Shown here piece by piece: positions 26,359 through 34,654 of a stretch of DNA of 48,448 nucleotides. The stretch comes from Candidatus Aenigmatarchaeota archaeon (GTDB lineage: Archaea > Aenigmatarchaeota > Aenigmatarchaeia > Aenigmatarchaeales > JAADFI01). The translations under genes and the position numbers were made by a program. Where the stretch lies: contig WANL01000001.1 of NCBI GenBank assembly GCA_015521825.1, positions 1 through 48,448 of the forward strand, read 5' to 3'. Within the stretch, counting starts at the first letter, position 1. The number at the start of each line of letters is the position of its first letter. The notes under the pieces were generated by a model. That model was not told the origin of the DNA, did not search any database, and was given only the letters and a program-made list of their open reading frames with translations.

Positions 26359-26422
26359 TAATTTTCGGACACGACCCCGAACGGGAAAATCTTTTTATTT
26401 TACCTTGAGAATTATTTAAGTA

Positions 26423-27580
26423 ATGGTGCTCGAAACCGGGATAGAAAAGCTGGACAGGCTTCTCGCCGGGAAGCCGGAAAAGAACAGAAAATTTCTGTTT
26501 TTAACAACCCCCGGTATAGACGCACCGGCCTTCGCACAACAGGTCCTTTTCTCCGGGTTAGAAGCCGGGCTGTCAGGTGTCTACCTGGTCTTCAACAAAC
26601 CCCCGGAAGCCGTGAGGGAAACCATGAAAGAGTACCTCTGGGACGTATCTTCGTTCGAGGAATCAGGAAAGCTGACGTTCGTCGACGGGTTCTCTAAACT
26701 CGCGAATTCTGAAACCGGCGAAAAATTCGTGTGCAATCCGAAGAATCCTGACGAACTGATCAGTGCTACCATGGATGCCCTTAAGTCGGTTGGGGAAACG
26801 AAAATAGTGGTGGTTGACGAGATTTCCAACCTCGTCGATCTGATAGGGACCGAAGAAACCGAGCGCTTCATAGAGAAACTCAATTCCGAATCCTCTGTCC
26901 TGGGAATCTTCACCAACTGGCTCTACCCGGAAGAAACCGTGAACTCCGTTAAGGCGGTTTTCGATGAGATCGTCGAACTCAAAGCCGTGGAGGAAAAGGT
27001 CATCCTCAGAAACTACCTTTACATAGAAGGTAGGGCGGTGCCGTTTAAAATCGCGAAACCCGGCGGAATAAACATATACATTCCGAAAATCCTGGTCACC
27101 GGTCCGTACCACGCCGGAAAGAGCACCATAGTCAAAAACCTGAGCGACAGGTCGGTATCGGTGAACCGTCTCGGAACCACTATAGCCCTGGACCACGGCT
27201 ACGTTGAAATGGAAGGGTTCACCTGCGAACTCTTCGGTACCCCGGGCCAGGAAAGATTCGACTTCATCCTTTCCATACTCGCGAAGGACGTTTTCGGGGT
27301 CATCTTGGTCGTGGATTCAACGCTTCCGGAAAGCTTTCCGAGGGCCAAAAACATGCTTTCCAAGGTCAGAGGATACGGAATTCCCTTCGTGGTGATCGCA
27401 AACAAGCAGGATCTCCCGGAGGCCTTACCGCCCGAGGAGGTCAAAAGGCTCCTCGGAGTAGAGGCCCCGGTAATACCGGGTGTGGCGACAGAGGGCAAAG
27501 GTCTGAGGGAAGCCCTGAAGGAGCTGTTCAAACTCATACTGAAAGGTGGTGAGAATGGGAAAGAAGGAGGAAATAGATAA
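26423..27580 (+). CDS. fusion: degenerate KaiC/RecA-like domain (no Walker A) plus MglA/COG2229-type small GTPase
   Basis: N-terminal half TGIEKLDRLLAG..FLFLTTPGIDAPAF aligns with the neighbouring KaiC-like GIPGLDELLEGG..LLSGGPGTGKTTF but lacks GxxGxGKT. IVVVDEIS is kept. C-terminal half has G1 GPYHAGKST, G3 FGTPGQ and G4 NKQD. Confidence 0.75.
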   Translation: MVLETGIEKLDRLLAGKPEKNRKFLFLTTPGIDAPAFAQQVLFSGLEAGLSGVYLVFNKPPEAVRETMKEYLWDVSSFEESGKLTFVDGFSKLANSETGEKFVCNPKNPDELISATMDALKSVGETKIVVVDEISNLVDLIGTEETERFIEKLNSESSVLGIFTNWLYPEETVNSVKAVFDEIVELKAVEEKVILRNYLYIEGRAVPFKIAKPGGINIYIPKILVTGPYHAGKSTIVKNLSDRSVSVNRLGTTIALDHGYVEMEGFTCELFGTPGQERFDFILSILAKDVFGVILVVDSTLPESFPRAKNMLSKVRGYGIPFVVIANKQDLPEALPPEEVKRLLGVEAPVIPGVATEGKGLREALKELFKLILKGGENGKEGGNR

Positions 27581-27923
27581 CATACTGAAAGAGCTGAACC
27601 AGAGCAGTCCCAGCATAAAAGCCTCCCTGCTCGCCAGGGTTGATGGACTGGTGATACACAGCAGGTTGATGGAAGGGGTGGACGGAAGAAGTCTCGCGGC
27701 GATGACGGCGACAATAGTGGGAACGGCCCAGACGATCTCGAAGGAGCTGGAACAGGGGAAGCTGAACCAGGTGATCGTGGAGAGCGAGAACGGAAAGCTC
27801 GTCTCCATAAACGCCGGTAAGCTCGCGATCCTCAGCTGCCTGGTGGATCCGAACGCCAACCTCGGTTTCGTGCTTCTGGAGATGGGGAAGGCCGCGAAAA
27901 AGCTCGAGGAGATCCTGGAGTAA
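27555..27923 (+). CDS. Roadblock/LC7 (MglB-like) domain protein
   Basis: About 120 aa with ..ASLLARVDGLVIHS..AAMTATIVGTAQTISKEL..VIVESENGKLVSINAGK.. The ATG at 27555 follows GGTGGTGA. Confidence 0.75.
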   Translation: MGKKEEIDNILKELNQSSPSIKASLLARVDGLVIHSRLMEGVDGRSLAAMTATIVGTAQTISKELEQGKLNQVIVESENGKLVSINAGKLAILSCLVDPNANLGFVLLEMGKAAKKLEEILE

Positions 27924-27977
27924 AGTATTTAAAACGTTCGCCCCAAACTTTATGGTAGTAAAGTTAGGGGGGCGAAC

Positions 27978-28346
27978 ATGGTTTCGGAATCCGAACTCAG
28001 GGAGATTCTCGAAGAGTTCGTGAAATCCGCAGGAGTCATAGGCGCGGCCATAGTTTCGAACGAGGGTTTGATGATGTGCTCCCTGTTACCCGAAGACTCG
28101 GATCCCAACCTCGTGGCCGCTATGTCGGCTTCCCTGTTCGGAACTTCCAGGAAGGTCGTGGAGGAACTGAATCTGGGCCCGCTCCAGCAGGCCATAGTCG
28201 AGGCAAGGGAAGGCAAGCTGGTTGCCTGCTCCGCCGGTAAGTACGGAATTCTGGTCTCCCTTGTGCCGCACACGACCAACATCGGCCTTGTGATCCTGGA
28301 ACTCGGGAAAACCAGCGAGAGGATCAGAAGACTTCTGGAAGAGTAA
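27978..28346 (+). CDS. Roadblock/LC7 (MglB-like) domain protein
   Basis: 122 aa with ..GVIGAAIVSNEGLMMCS..AAMSASLFGTSRKVVEEL..AIVEAREGKLVACSAGK.. It is a paralog of the previous gene. Confidence 0.75.
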   Translation: MVSESELREILEEFVKSAGVIGAAIVSNEGLMMCSLLPEDSDPNLVAAMSASLFGTSRKVVEELNLGPLQQAIVEAREGKLVACSAGKYGILVSLVPHTTNIGLVILELGKTSERIRRLLEE

Positions 28347-29027
28347 TCAGATGAAGACCTCTTCCTTCGAAAAGACCTCGATTCCTCCGGGGCCGATTCT
28401 TACCGGGTGGAGTCTGGTGGAGTGGTTCGTGCCCCTCATCTTTAAGATTGAAAGCACCCTTGTGTACATGTTGCCTTCCATGACTCTCCTGAGAACGACG
28501 ATCCCGTCCGACACGAACTCCTCGACCCCGTAGGGTGAAACCGAGTCAGAGCCTTCCGGAATCTCGCAGGAAATTATAGAGGTGGCTCCTGTTTTCTTCA
28601 GTTGCTTCCCCAGTTCCACGAGACCCTTCCTTATCTCCAGGGGGTGCTCCAGGAACATTCCGAGAATCGTGGCCGGATCTATGACTATCCTCCTGGCGTT
28701 CAGCCGGAGAACGTTCTCCTCGATCACGGACCTGAGACTTGAAAAATCGTAAAGGTCCAGGCGGACCACGTCCATTTTTCCGGACTTTATCTGCTTTCCG
28801 ACCTTCCAGCCGAACCTTTCCGAGTTTCTCACGATCTGCTCCGGCTCCTCCTCGAGGGAGATGAAAACACCGGGCTCGCCGGAAAGTGATCCGTGGTAAA
28901 TGTAGGAAAGGCCGAAGGTTGTTTTCCCCGTGCCCGGACCTCCCGACAGGAGGATTAGGGAACCGGAAGGAAAGCCGCCTTCCAAAAGCTCGTCCAGGCC
29001 GGGAATCCCGGTGGAAACCCTTTCCAT
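28347..29027 (-). CDS. single-domain KaiC-like RecA-superfamily ATPase
   Basis: Contains GIPGLDELLEGGFPSGSLILLSGGPGTGKTTFGLSY, Walker B RIVIDP and the C-terminal ILKMRGTNHS..HPVRIGPGGIEV. Confidence 0.85.
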   Translation of the reverse strand: MERVSTGIPGLDELLEGGFPSGSLILLSGGPGTGKTTFGLSYIYHGSLSGEPGVFISLEEEPEQIVRNSERFGWKVGKQIKSGKMDVVRLDLYDFSSLRSVIEENVLRLNARRIVIDPATILGMFLEHPLEIRKGLVELGKQLKKTGATSIISCEIPEGSDSVSPYGVEEFVSDGIVVLRRVMEGNMYTRVLSILKMRGTNHSTRLHPVRIGPGGIEVFSKEEVFI

Positions 29028-29061
29028 AAAATTTTTATAAGACCGGGCGAATAAATAGTTT

Positions 29062-29409
29062 ATGATGAATCTTTTCGAGCTGATCCTGGTTTACTCTTCC
29101 ATAGGGTTTGCCGTGCTTTCCGTGGTTTTCATCTACCTCTCCCTTAATCTAACCAGGGAAGCGGTCAGAAAGAAAATGCTGGCCTCGATATTCAACCTCA
29201 GATTCAGGCAGTTCGAAAGGTTCTGGAAGTGGGTCTTCCTCCTTCCGTTTATAATAATAATCTCGAGGTCGGTCGAACTGATAAAGGAGATCCAGGGCCT
29301 CGAGTTCATAAACGGGGCCTACAGGATTTTCGACTTCATAATAATATTCATAATTTTCGTCCTCACGATATCCTACTACTTTATCCTGAAAACCTACATG
29401 AAGTCTTAA
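29062..29409 (+). CDS. small three-TM membrane protein, function unknown
   Basis: 115-aa hydrophobic ORF, AT-richer than its surroundings. Confidence 0.4.
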   Translation: MMNLFELILVYSSIGFAVLSVVFIYLSLNLTREAVRKKMLASIFNLRFRQFERFWKWVFLLPFIIIISRSVELIKEIQGLEFINGAYRIFDFIIIFIIFVLTISYYFILKTYMKS

Positions 29410-30203
29410 AGGAGCAGCGTGAGGAGAAGGGCCAGCGGGAACACCGGGCCGTACCTTACCCCGTCCCGAACTGTAACGAACTTCCTGACTCTTTTAAGTC
29501 TCGATACCTCTTCCTCGGTCAGACCTTTTATGTATTTCTTGAACACACCGGCTTCCGGAACGTCCTCACCTATCACATCGCCTTTCTTGAGCCTCGAGAC
29601 CGGTATCCGCCTGTAAAATCCGTAAGCCTCGACCGCCCTGGCGAAGCGAATCGCAAATGGCGACAGGGCCAGGAGGATCCCTACCGCGAGGAACAGCGGA
29701 CTTTCAAGGACGAAGGATGCGAGGCCGAAAGCGGTAAGAAACACCGAAGCTGTGAAGAGATCCTTTCCCCGATTCCTCCTGACCGAAGCTCCGAACTCCC
29801 TCCAGACCCTGGGGTTTTTTCTGGTAACCACAGCGGAATAGACCAGGGAGTAGATACCGCCGACCAGGAAAACATTCAGGAAAAATAGCGGTGTGAACAG
29901 CGGTGTCAGGAAGCCTACGGGCAGGAGAACGCCGATGGCGACGAGGAGCTCGCCGTCCCCGCCTCCCCACGAGCCCGTGTAGTACATCAGAAGACCGAAC
30001 GTCAGGAAAAGGAGTCCGGTACCGGCCGAAAGCAGGAAGGGAAGGGGATCGCCCAGGAGGAAGGACTCGTAAGCGTGGATCCCGAGGCCGAAAATTATCA
30101 TTCCTATCGCGAGGGCATCCAGCATGTCGCTCGTTTTCAGATCGTAAAGGGCGCAGGCCGTACTCCCACCGAGGGCAACGGCCAGCTTGACGGCTTCGAA
30201 CAT
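29406..30203 (-). CDS. A24-family archaeal prepilin/preflagellin peptidase (FlaK/PibD/EppA-like) with C-terminal extension
   Basis: Start re-picked to MFEAVKLAV (ATG at 30203). First catalytic Asp context is ALYDLKTSD and the second is WGGGDGELL (GxGD). Multi-TM. The extra C-terminal part is RIPVSRLKKGDVIGEDV.. Confidence 0.75.
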   Translation of the reverse strand: MFEAVKLAVALGGSTACALYDLKTSDMLDALAIGMIIFGLGIHAYESFLLGDPLPFLLSAGTGLLFLTFGLLMYYTGSWGGGDGELLVAIGVLLPVGFLTPLFTPLFFLNVFLVGGIYSLVYSAVVTRKNPRVWREFGASVRRNRGKDLFTASVFLTAFGLASFVLESPLFLAVGILLALSPFAIRFARAVEAYGFYRRIPVSRLKKGDVIGEDVPEAGVFKKYIKGLTEEEVSRLKRVRKFVTVRDGVRYGPVFPLALLLTLLL

Positions 30204-30207
30204 ATAA

Positions 30208-30948
30208 ATGAAAAGGATTCCTGTTAAATTTAAATATTTCCCGGAACCTCTAAATATTGTGCACGTGGCTGTGATTCTGGACGGAAACAGAAGATTCGCC
30301 AGAAGATTGATGCAAAAGCCGTGGAAGGGCCACGAGTGGGGGGCCAAAAAGGTCAGGTCGCTTCTCGAATGGGGAAGGGAAAAGGGTATCAAAAGGTTCA
30401 CGCTCTACTCCCTGTCGATAGAGAATATTAAAAAAAGACCGAAGAGGGAGCTCGACTACCTTTTCAGGCTTTTCGAAAGGGAATTCCGCGACATCCTGAA
30501 GCCGGACCACGAGGTTCACCGGCACCGGATAAGAATCAGGGTGATAGGAAGGAAGGAACTTCTCCCCGAAACCCTGAGGGACCTGATAGATCGGGTGGAG
30601 TCCGAGACCGAAAGTTACGACGGTTACGAGCTGGTACTCGCCATAGCCTACGGGGGTCAGCAGGAAATAACCGACGCCGCGAAAAAACTGGCTGAAGCCG
30701 TGAAAAACGGTTCGGTTGACCCGGAAAAAATCGACGAAGCCGAGTTCTCCAGGCATCTCTACGCCGCGGACTGTCCGGACATAATTATAAGAACCGGTGG
30801 GGAAAAGAGGCTGAGTAACTTTTTGCTGTGGCAGAGCGCCTACTCCGAGCTTTTCTTCGTGGACAAGATGTGGCCGGAATTCGAGAAGGAGGACTTCGAA
30901 CGAATCCTGGAGGAATTCAGGAAGAGGCAGAGGAGGTTCGGCGGCTGA
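30208..30948 (+). CDS. uppS: undecaprenyl (cis-prenyl) diphosphate synthase
   Basis: Contains HVAVILDGNRRFA, and later AYGGQQEI and RTGGEKRLSNFLLWQSAYSELFF. An alternative GTG start lies at 30259. Confidence 0.9.
   Translation: MKRIPVKFKYFPEPLNIVHVAVILDGNRRFARRLMQKPWKGHEWGAKKVRSLLEWGREKGIKRFTLYSLSIENIKKRPKRELDYLFRLFEREFRDILKPDHEVHRHRIRIRVIGRKELLPETLRDLIDRVESETESYDGYELVLAIAYGGQQEITDAAKKLAEAVKNGSVDPEKIDEAEFSRHLYAADCPDIIIRTGGEKRLSNFLLWQSAYSELFFVDKMWPEFEKEDFERILEEFRKRQRRFGG
30226..30239. promoter_or_regulatory. shared AT-rich TATA-like element between divergent peptidase and uppS genes
   Basis: aaatttaaatattt lies about 23-36 nt from the ATG at 30203 (minus) and about 20-33 nt from the in-frame GTG at 30259 (plus). 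This suggests uppS may really start at 30259. Confidence 0.35.
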
Positions 30949-32335
30949 CGACCTCTTTAACAAGGGAGAACACCTCGGAACCGGGCGCCCTTCCCTTCAC
31001 TTTTTTCATCACCTCGCCCATGAGGGCTTTCAGGTTTTTCCTCTCAACGAGGTCCGGATTCTCCGCCGCGACTTCCAGAACTATTCTCTCGAGCTCCGAC
31101 CTGTCCAGCGGCGAGTACTTCGGTACCACATCTTCGAACGCCTTCCCGGAGGAGACCTCCTCGAGTAGGTCCGGGATGGCCTTTTCCTCGATTTTTCCCT
31201 TTTCCGCGAGGGAAAATGCCGAAATGACATCCTCCTCCCTGACTTCGAGGCCTCTTCTTCTGAAGTCCTTAAGAACCGAGGTGAAAAAGTGGGCCACGAA
31301 AACAGGATCGTGCTTTTCGGAAAGTTTCTCGACGAGGTCGAGGTACTCGCTTTTCAACACCTGCCTGGCCAGTTGCTCTGGAATCCTGCGCTTCAGCCTT
31401 TCCAGCCTTTCCTCGAGTGTTTCCGGCACTTCCACCTCCGGCACATCAAGGGGACCTATGTCCGTTTCGGGGTACATCCTCTCGCTTCCCGGGAGCGGGC
31501 GCATGAACTCCGAAGATCCGTCCGGAAGGGCTGCCCTGGTCTCCGGCTCCGGTTTTTTCCCGGAGGAAATGAGCCCGGCCTGGCGTTCGACCTCGGCCTC
31601 GATGATCTTCGGTATCATTTCCAGCTCCTGAACCCCCTTGATCTCTACCCTCGTTCCACCCTCTACGGAGACGTTTAAGTCCTGGCGAACGCTTCCGAGA
31701 CCGCGGTGGGCGAGACCGGTGGACCTCACGATCATGCACAGTTTTTCCGCCACCTTCCTGGCGAATTCGGCGTCCGTGATGACCGGTTCGGTCGAGATTT
31801 CAACGAGAGGTATTCCGAGCCTGTCGAGTCTGAAAACCGTTTTTTTCTCGCCTTTTTCCACTATCCCGGCCGACTCCTCCTCCAGGCATACGCTTTTTAT
31901 TCCCACCTTCCTCCGGTCGACCTCGATCCATCCGTTAAGACCGACCAGAACCGTTCTCTGAAATCCGGATGTGTTGCTTCCGTCCACGACTATTTTTCTC
32001 ATAACGTAGAGTCTGTCCGGAATATCGCAGTGAAGAAGTCTGGCCACCTTGACCGCGCACTCGAGGGACTCCGGATCGATTTCGTGAATCGGTTCCTCGT
32101 CCAGCTCGACCAGGCAGCAGGTGTCCGGGTAAAAAAGGTAGACGAATTCCCTCCCGCTTCTTTCCTCGAAAATCGCGGCTCTGTCCTTGAGGCCGGCCTC
32201 CCCGCTGACCGCCCTGAGCCTCCTCGTTACCCTGAGACTCGGTTCCGTGTCCGAAAGCCTCGGCGGGCAGTGGCAGAAGAGCTTTCTCTTTTTTCCCACC
32301 CTCACGTGAACCTCGAGACCGCACCTGAACTTCAA
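30917..32335 (-). CDS. gatE: Glu-tRNA(Gln) amidotransferase subunit E (GatE), short form
   Basis: GatE-specific MRKIVVDGSNTSGFQRT, plus GLEVHV.., VRQDLNVSVEGGTRVEIKGVQ and a YqeY-like tail. A TTG at 32335 overlaps the gatD TGA and lies 8 nt after AGGAGG. The alternative ATG at 32425 would overlap gatD by 94 nt. Confidence 0.85.
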   Translation of the reverse strand: MKFRCGLEVHVRVGKKRKLFCHCPPRLSDTEPSLRVTRRLRAVSGEAGLKDRAAIFEERSGREFVYLFYPDTCCLVELDEEPIHEIDPESLECAVKVARLLHCDIPDRLYVMRKIVVDGSNTSGFQRTVLVGLNGWIEVDRRKVGIKSVCLEEESAGIVEKGEKKTVFRLDRLGIPLVEISTEPVITDAEFARKVAEKLCMIVRSTGLAHRGLGSVRQDLNVSVEGGTRVEIKGVQELEMIPKIIEAEVERQAGLISSGKKPEPETRAALPDGSSEFMRPLPGSERMYPETDIGPLDVPEVEVPETLEERLERLKRRIPEQLARQVLKSEYLDLVEKLSEKHDPVFVAHFFTSVLKDFRRRGLEVREEDVISAFSLAEKGKIEEKAIPDLLEEVSSGKAFEDVVPKYSPLDRSELERIVLEVAAENPDLVERKNLKALMGEVMKKVKGRAPGSEVFSLVKEVVSRRTSSASS

Positions 32336-33561
32336 GGCATCGACCTCCTGGAGATTTCTCCCGCCAGGTTTCGGGTCATCATTTCTCTGACCCTGTCCAG
32401 ATCCTTCGTACGCCCGAGGACGCAACCCAGCTTCACGAAGGCCGTCTCCGGAAACATATCGAGCCCGGGAATGACCCCGGTCCTGTAAAGGATGCGGAGG
32501 TTCGAGTAAACCGCTGTGTGAACCCTCCCGAAAATGGTCTGGGTGGTTACAACCACGGGTTTTTCTTCGGCCACGCGTTTCACCACCGGAATCCAGCTTT
32601 TTCTCGCCGAAACCGGGAGGTGTCCCAGGCCCGTTCCCTCGAGAACGAATCCAGAAGAGTCCAGAAGCTCGAGAATCGAGGGATCCGAACCCGGGTGGAC
32701 CTTTATAAGCGAGACCCGATCGTCGAACCTTGTGTCGAGAGAGGTCTTCCCTCCCCGCCTTCTGATACCGGAAAGCTCCTCCACCCTTCCGTCGGCCCAG
32801 ATTTTCGCGAGAGGTTCGGAGTTGACGGACACGAAAGCGTCCCTCCTGGAGGAGTGCATTTTCCTGACCCTGGTGCCGCGGTGGAGAAAGCAGAAATCGT
32901 CGTTAAGGGATCCGTGCATACACACGCAGACCTCGGCCATGTCGTGAAGCGCAGCCCTGACCGCGCAGAGTACGTTGAGAAAGGCGTCGGAACTCGGTCT
33001 GTCGGAAGATCGCTGGGAACCGACGAAAACCACGGGCTTGGATAGAGAGGTGAACATGAAGGACAGGGCGGCCGAGCTGTACCCCATGGTGTCCGTTCCG
33101 TGAAACACCACAACACCCTCGGAGTCCCTGAGAGCGGTCTCCACGCAAACGGCAAGCTCCTTCCAGTCCTCCCAGTCCATGTCCTCGGACATTTTCTCGA
33201 AAGGTTTGAAAAACCTTAGGGAGAAGTTGCGAAGCTCCGGAACGTTCTCGACGATCTCTTCCGGAGTCTCCAGGGCGTAAACCCCCCCGGTCCTGTAGTC
33301 GACCCTGGAAAGAATGGTTCCGCCGGCTGCCACGAGTCCAATCGACGGACCGGACCCCGGACGGACAGTTGACCGCTTCTTCACAACCCTCCTGGAAAGA
33401 ACCCTAACGGTCTCGGCTCTGATGCCTATATTATATCCGGACGGAAGCTTGAGGACAACGATTCCACCGTCCTCTGTAACAAAGGTTCCGCGGTATTTCT
33501 TCCCGGATTTCCTTACCTCAACCTCGTCTCCGAATTCCGGTTTAGAATTCATGGAAATCAC
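32332..33561 (-). CDS. gatD: Glu-tRNA(Gln) amidotransferase subunit D (GatD)
   Basis: N-terminal beta domain GDEVEVRKSGKKYRGTFV plus an asparaginase fold (GGTILS, VVFHGTDTMGYSSAAL). Confidence 0.9.
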   Translation of the reverse strand: MISMNSKPEFGDEVEVRKSGKKYRGTFVTEDGGIVVLKLPSGYNIGIRAETVRVLSRRVVKKRSTVRPGSGPSIGLVAAGGTILSRVDYRTGGVYALETPEEIVENVPELRNFSLRFFKPFEKMSEDMDWEDWKELAVCVETALRDSEGVVVFHGTDTMGYSSAALSFMFTSLSKPVVFVGSQRSSDRPSSDAFLNVLCAVRAALHDMAEVCVCMHGSLNDDFCFLHRGTRVRKMHSSRRDAFVSVNSEPLAKIWADGRVEELSGIRRRGGKTSLDTRFDDRVSLIKVHPGSDPSILELLDSSGFVLEGTGLGHLPVSARKSWIPVVKRVAEEKPVVVTTQTIFGRVHTAVYSNLRILYRTGVIPGLDMFPETAFVKLGCVLGRTKDLDRVREMMTRNLAGEISRRSMP

Positions 33562-33592
33562 AAAAAAAATAAAAAAGAAGGGACCCGCTCCT

Positions 33593-34051
33593 TTAAGAGC
33601 AGGTTAGACCTTCTTCAACCGCACCCAGAGGACCGGCGATTCTCAGCGTCCTCGTGACCTTCGTGTCCCCCGGAGCAGTCTGATAGTTTATGTTCTTGGT
33701 CTCCCCGGTCTTGATTCCGACCGCTGAGAGGCTCGGTGTCGTCTTTGCGGTTATGTCCTCGCCGTCAAGGAACGCCCGAAGGTCTCCTGGTTCGATGTCA
33801 ACGGTTCCGATGTTCCTCAGTGTAAAGTTGATGGCATTGACGTTCGAAACGTTAGTGCACTTACTATTGATTATGATGACCTGCTTTCCCGCCGACTGCT
33901 GGAGCTGCTGTGCCTGCTGACTTCCTCCGGCCTGCATCCCTGTGACCATAGTGGTACTCCAGGCCCAGAGTATTCCCACCAGCGCCACCGCAATCACTAC
34001 GATCATTATCACTGCGATCACTGTCGATATACCTTTGCTGCTTCCCTTCAA
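33593..34051 (-). CDS. archaeal type IV pilin (Pilin_N-type class III signal peptide), 152 aa
   Basis: TTG start 4-5 nt after GAGGTGA. N-terminus is KGSSKGISTVIAVIMIVVIAVALVGIL, followed by a beta-sandwich-like region similar to the stalk of the pilin-lectin proteins. Confidence 0.7.
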   Translation of the reverse strand: MKGSSKGISTVIAVIMIVVIAVALVGILWAWSTTMVTGMQAGGSQQAQQLQQSAGKQVIIINSKCTNVSNVNAINFTLRNIGTVDIEPGDLRAFLDGEDITAKTTPSLSAVGIKTGETKNINYQTAPGDTKVTRTLRIAGPLGAVEEGLTCS

Positions 34052-34211
34052 AACATCACCTCACTGTTTTTTTATCAGAGATACTTTTTATTATTTGTTG
34101 TATAAGGTGATATATAAATCTTCATTTTTCCGCCAGAAAGTGATAAAACCGTTTCGGTGCTCCGATTTTCTCCGGCACGGCCCACTTCCCTGTCCGACGA
34201 ACCCCACAAGC

Positions 34212-34613
34212 TTATTTCAGGGCTGTCATCAGCGTCTTCACTCCGGTGCAGTTCGTGACGACCCTTACCTGGCTGACATCGGCCCTGTTAACCGGGAGGG
34301 GTTCGGAAATCACGGTTCCCAGAGTACCCGGAGCCACCGAAGAATTCAGAACATCCCTTAGGTGCAGAACGGTTGCGTTCTGGAGCACGACCTCGAACAC
34401 GAATCCCCCGAGCGGCGCACCGCTCACCTCCACGACCGCCTTTATAGAACCGGAATCGTACTTCGGAAAGCCGGATATGAACCTTATCGAAGCATCGCAG
34501 TTCGGTCTTTCCGGGGCCGGAACCTTGGAGGTAAGGGCGGCGAGAAAGGCGGCGAGAATCATGGTGAGAATTATCAAAAACACGGTCATTCCGAGAGGGC
34601 TCATCCCCTTCAT
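34212..34613 (-). CDS. pilin-like protein (class III signal peptide)
   Basis: ATG at 34613 gives MKGMSPLGMTVFLIILTMILAAFLAAL. Confidence 0.55.
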   Translation of the reverse strand: MKGMSPLGMTVFLIILTMILAAFLAALTSKVPAPERPNCDASIRFISGFPKYDSGSIKAVVEVSGAPLGGFVFEVVLQNATVLHLRDVLNSSVAPGTLGTVISEPLPVNRADVSQVRVVTNCTGVKTLMTALK

Positions 34614-34654
34614 CGAAAGCACCTAAAAATTATCTTTTTCGGCGCCATATAAAG

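Noticed and set aside
34052-34211. ncRNA between the two pilin genes
   Set aside because: The region is AT-rich with a TTTATATA box at a plausible promoter distance from the pilin start and a GAGGTGA Shine-Dalgarno. It is explained as promoter plus 5' UTR.
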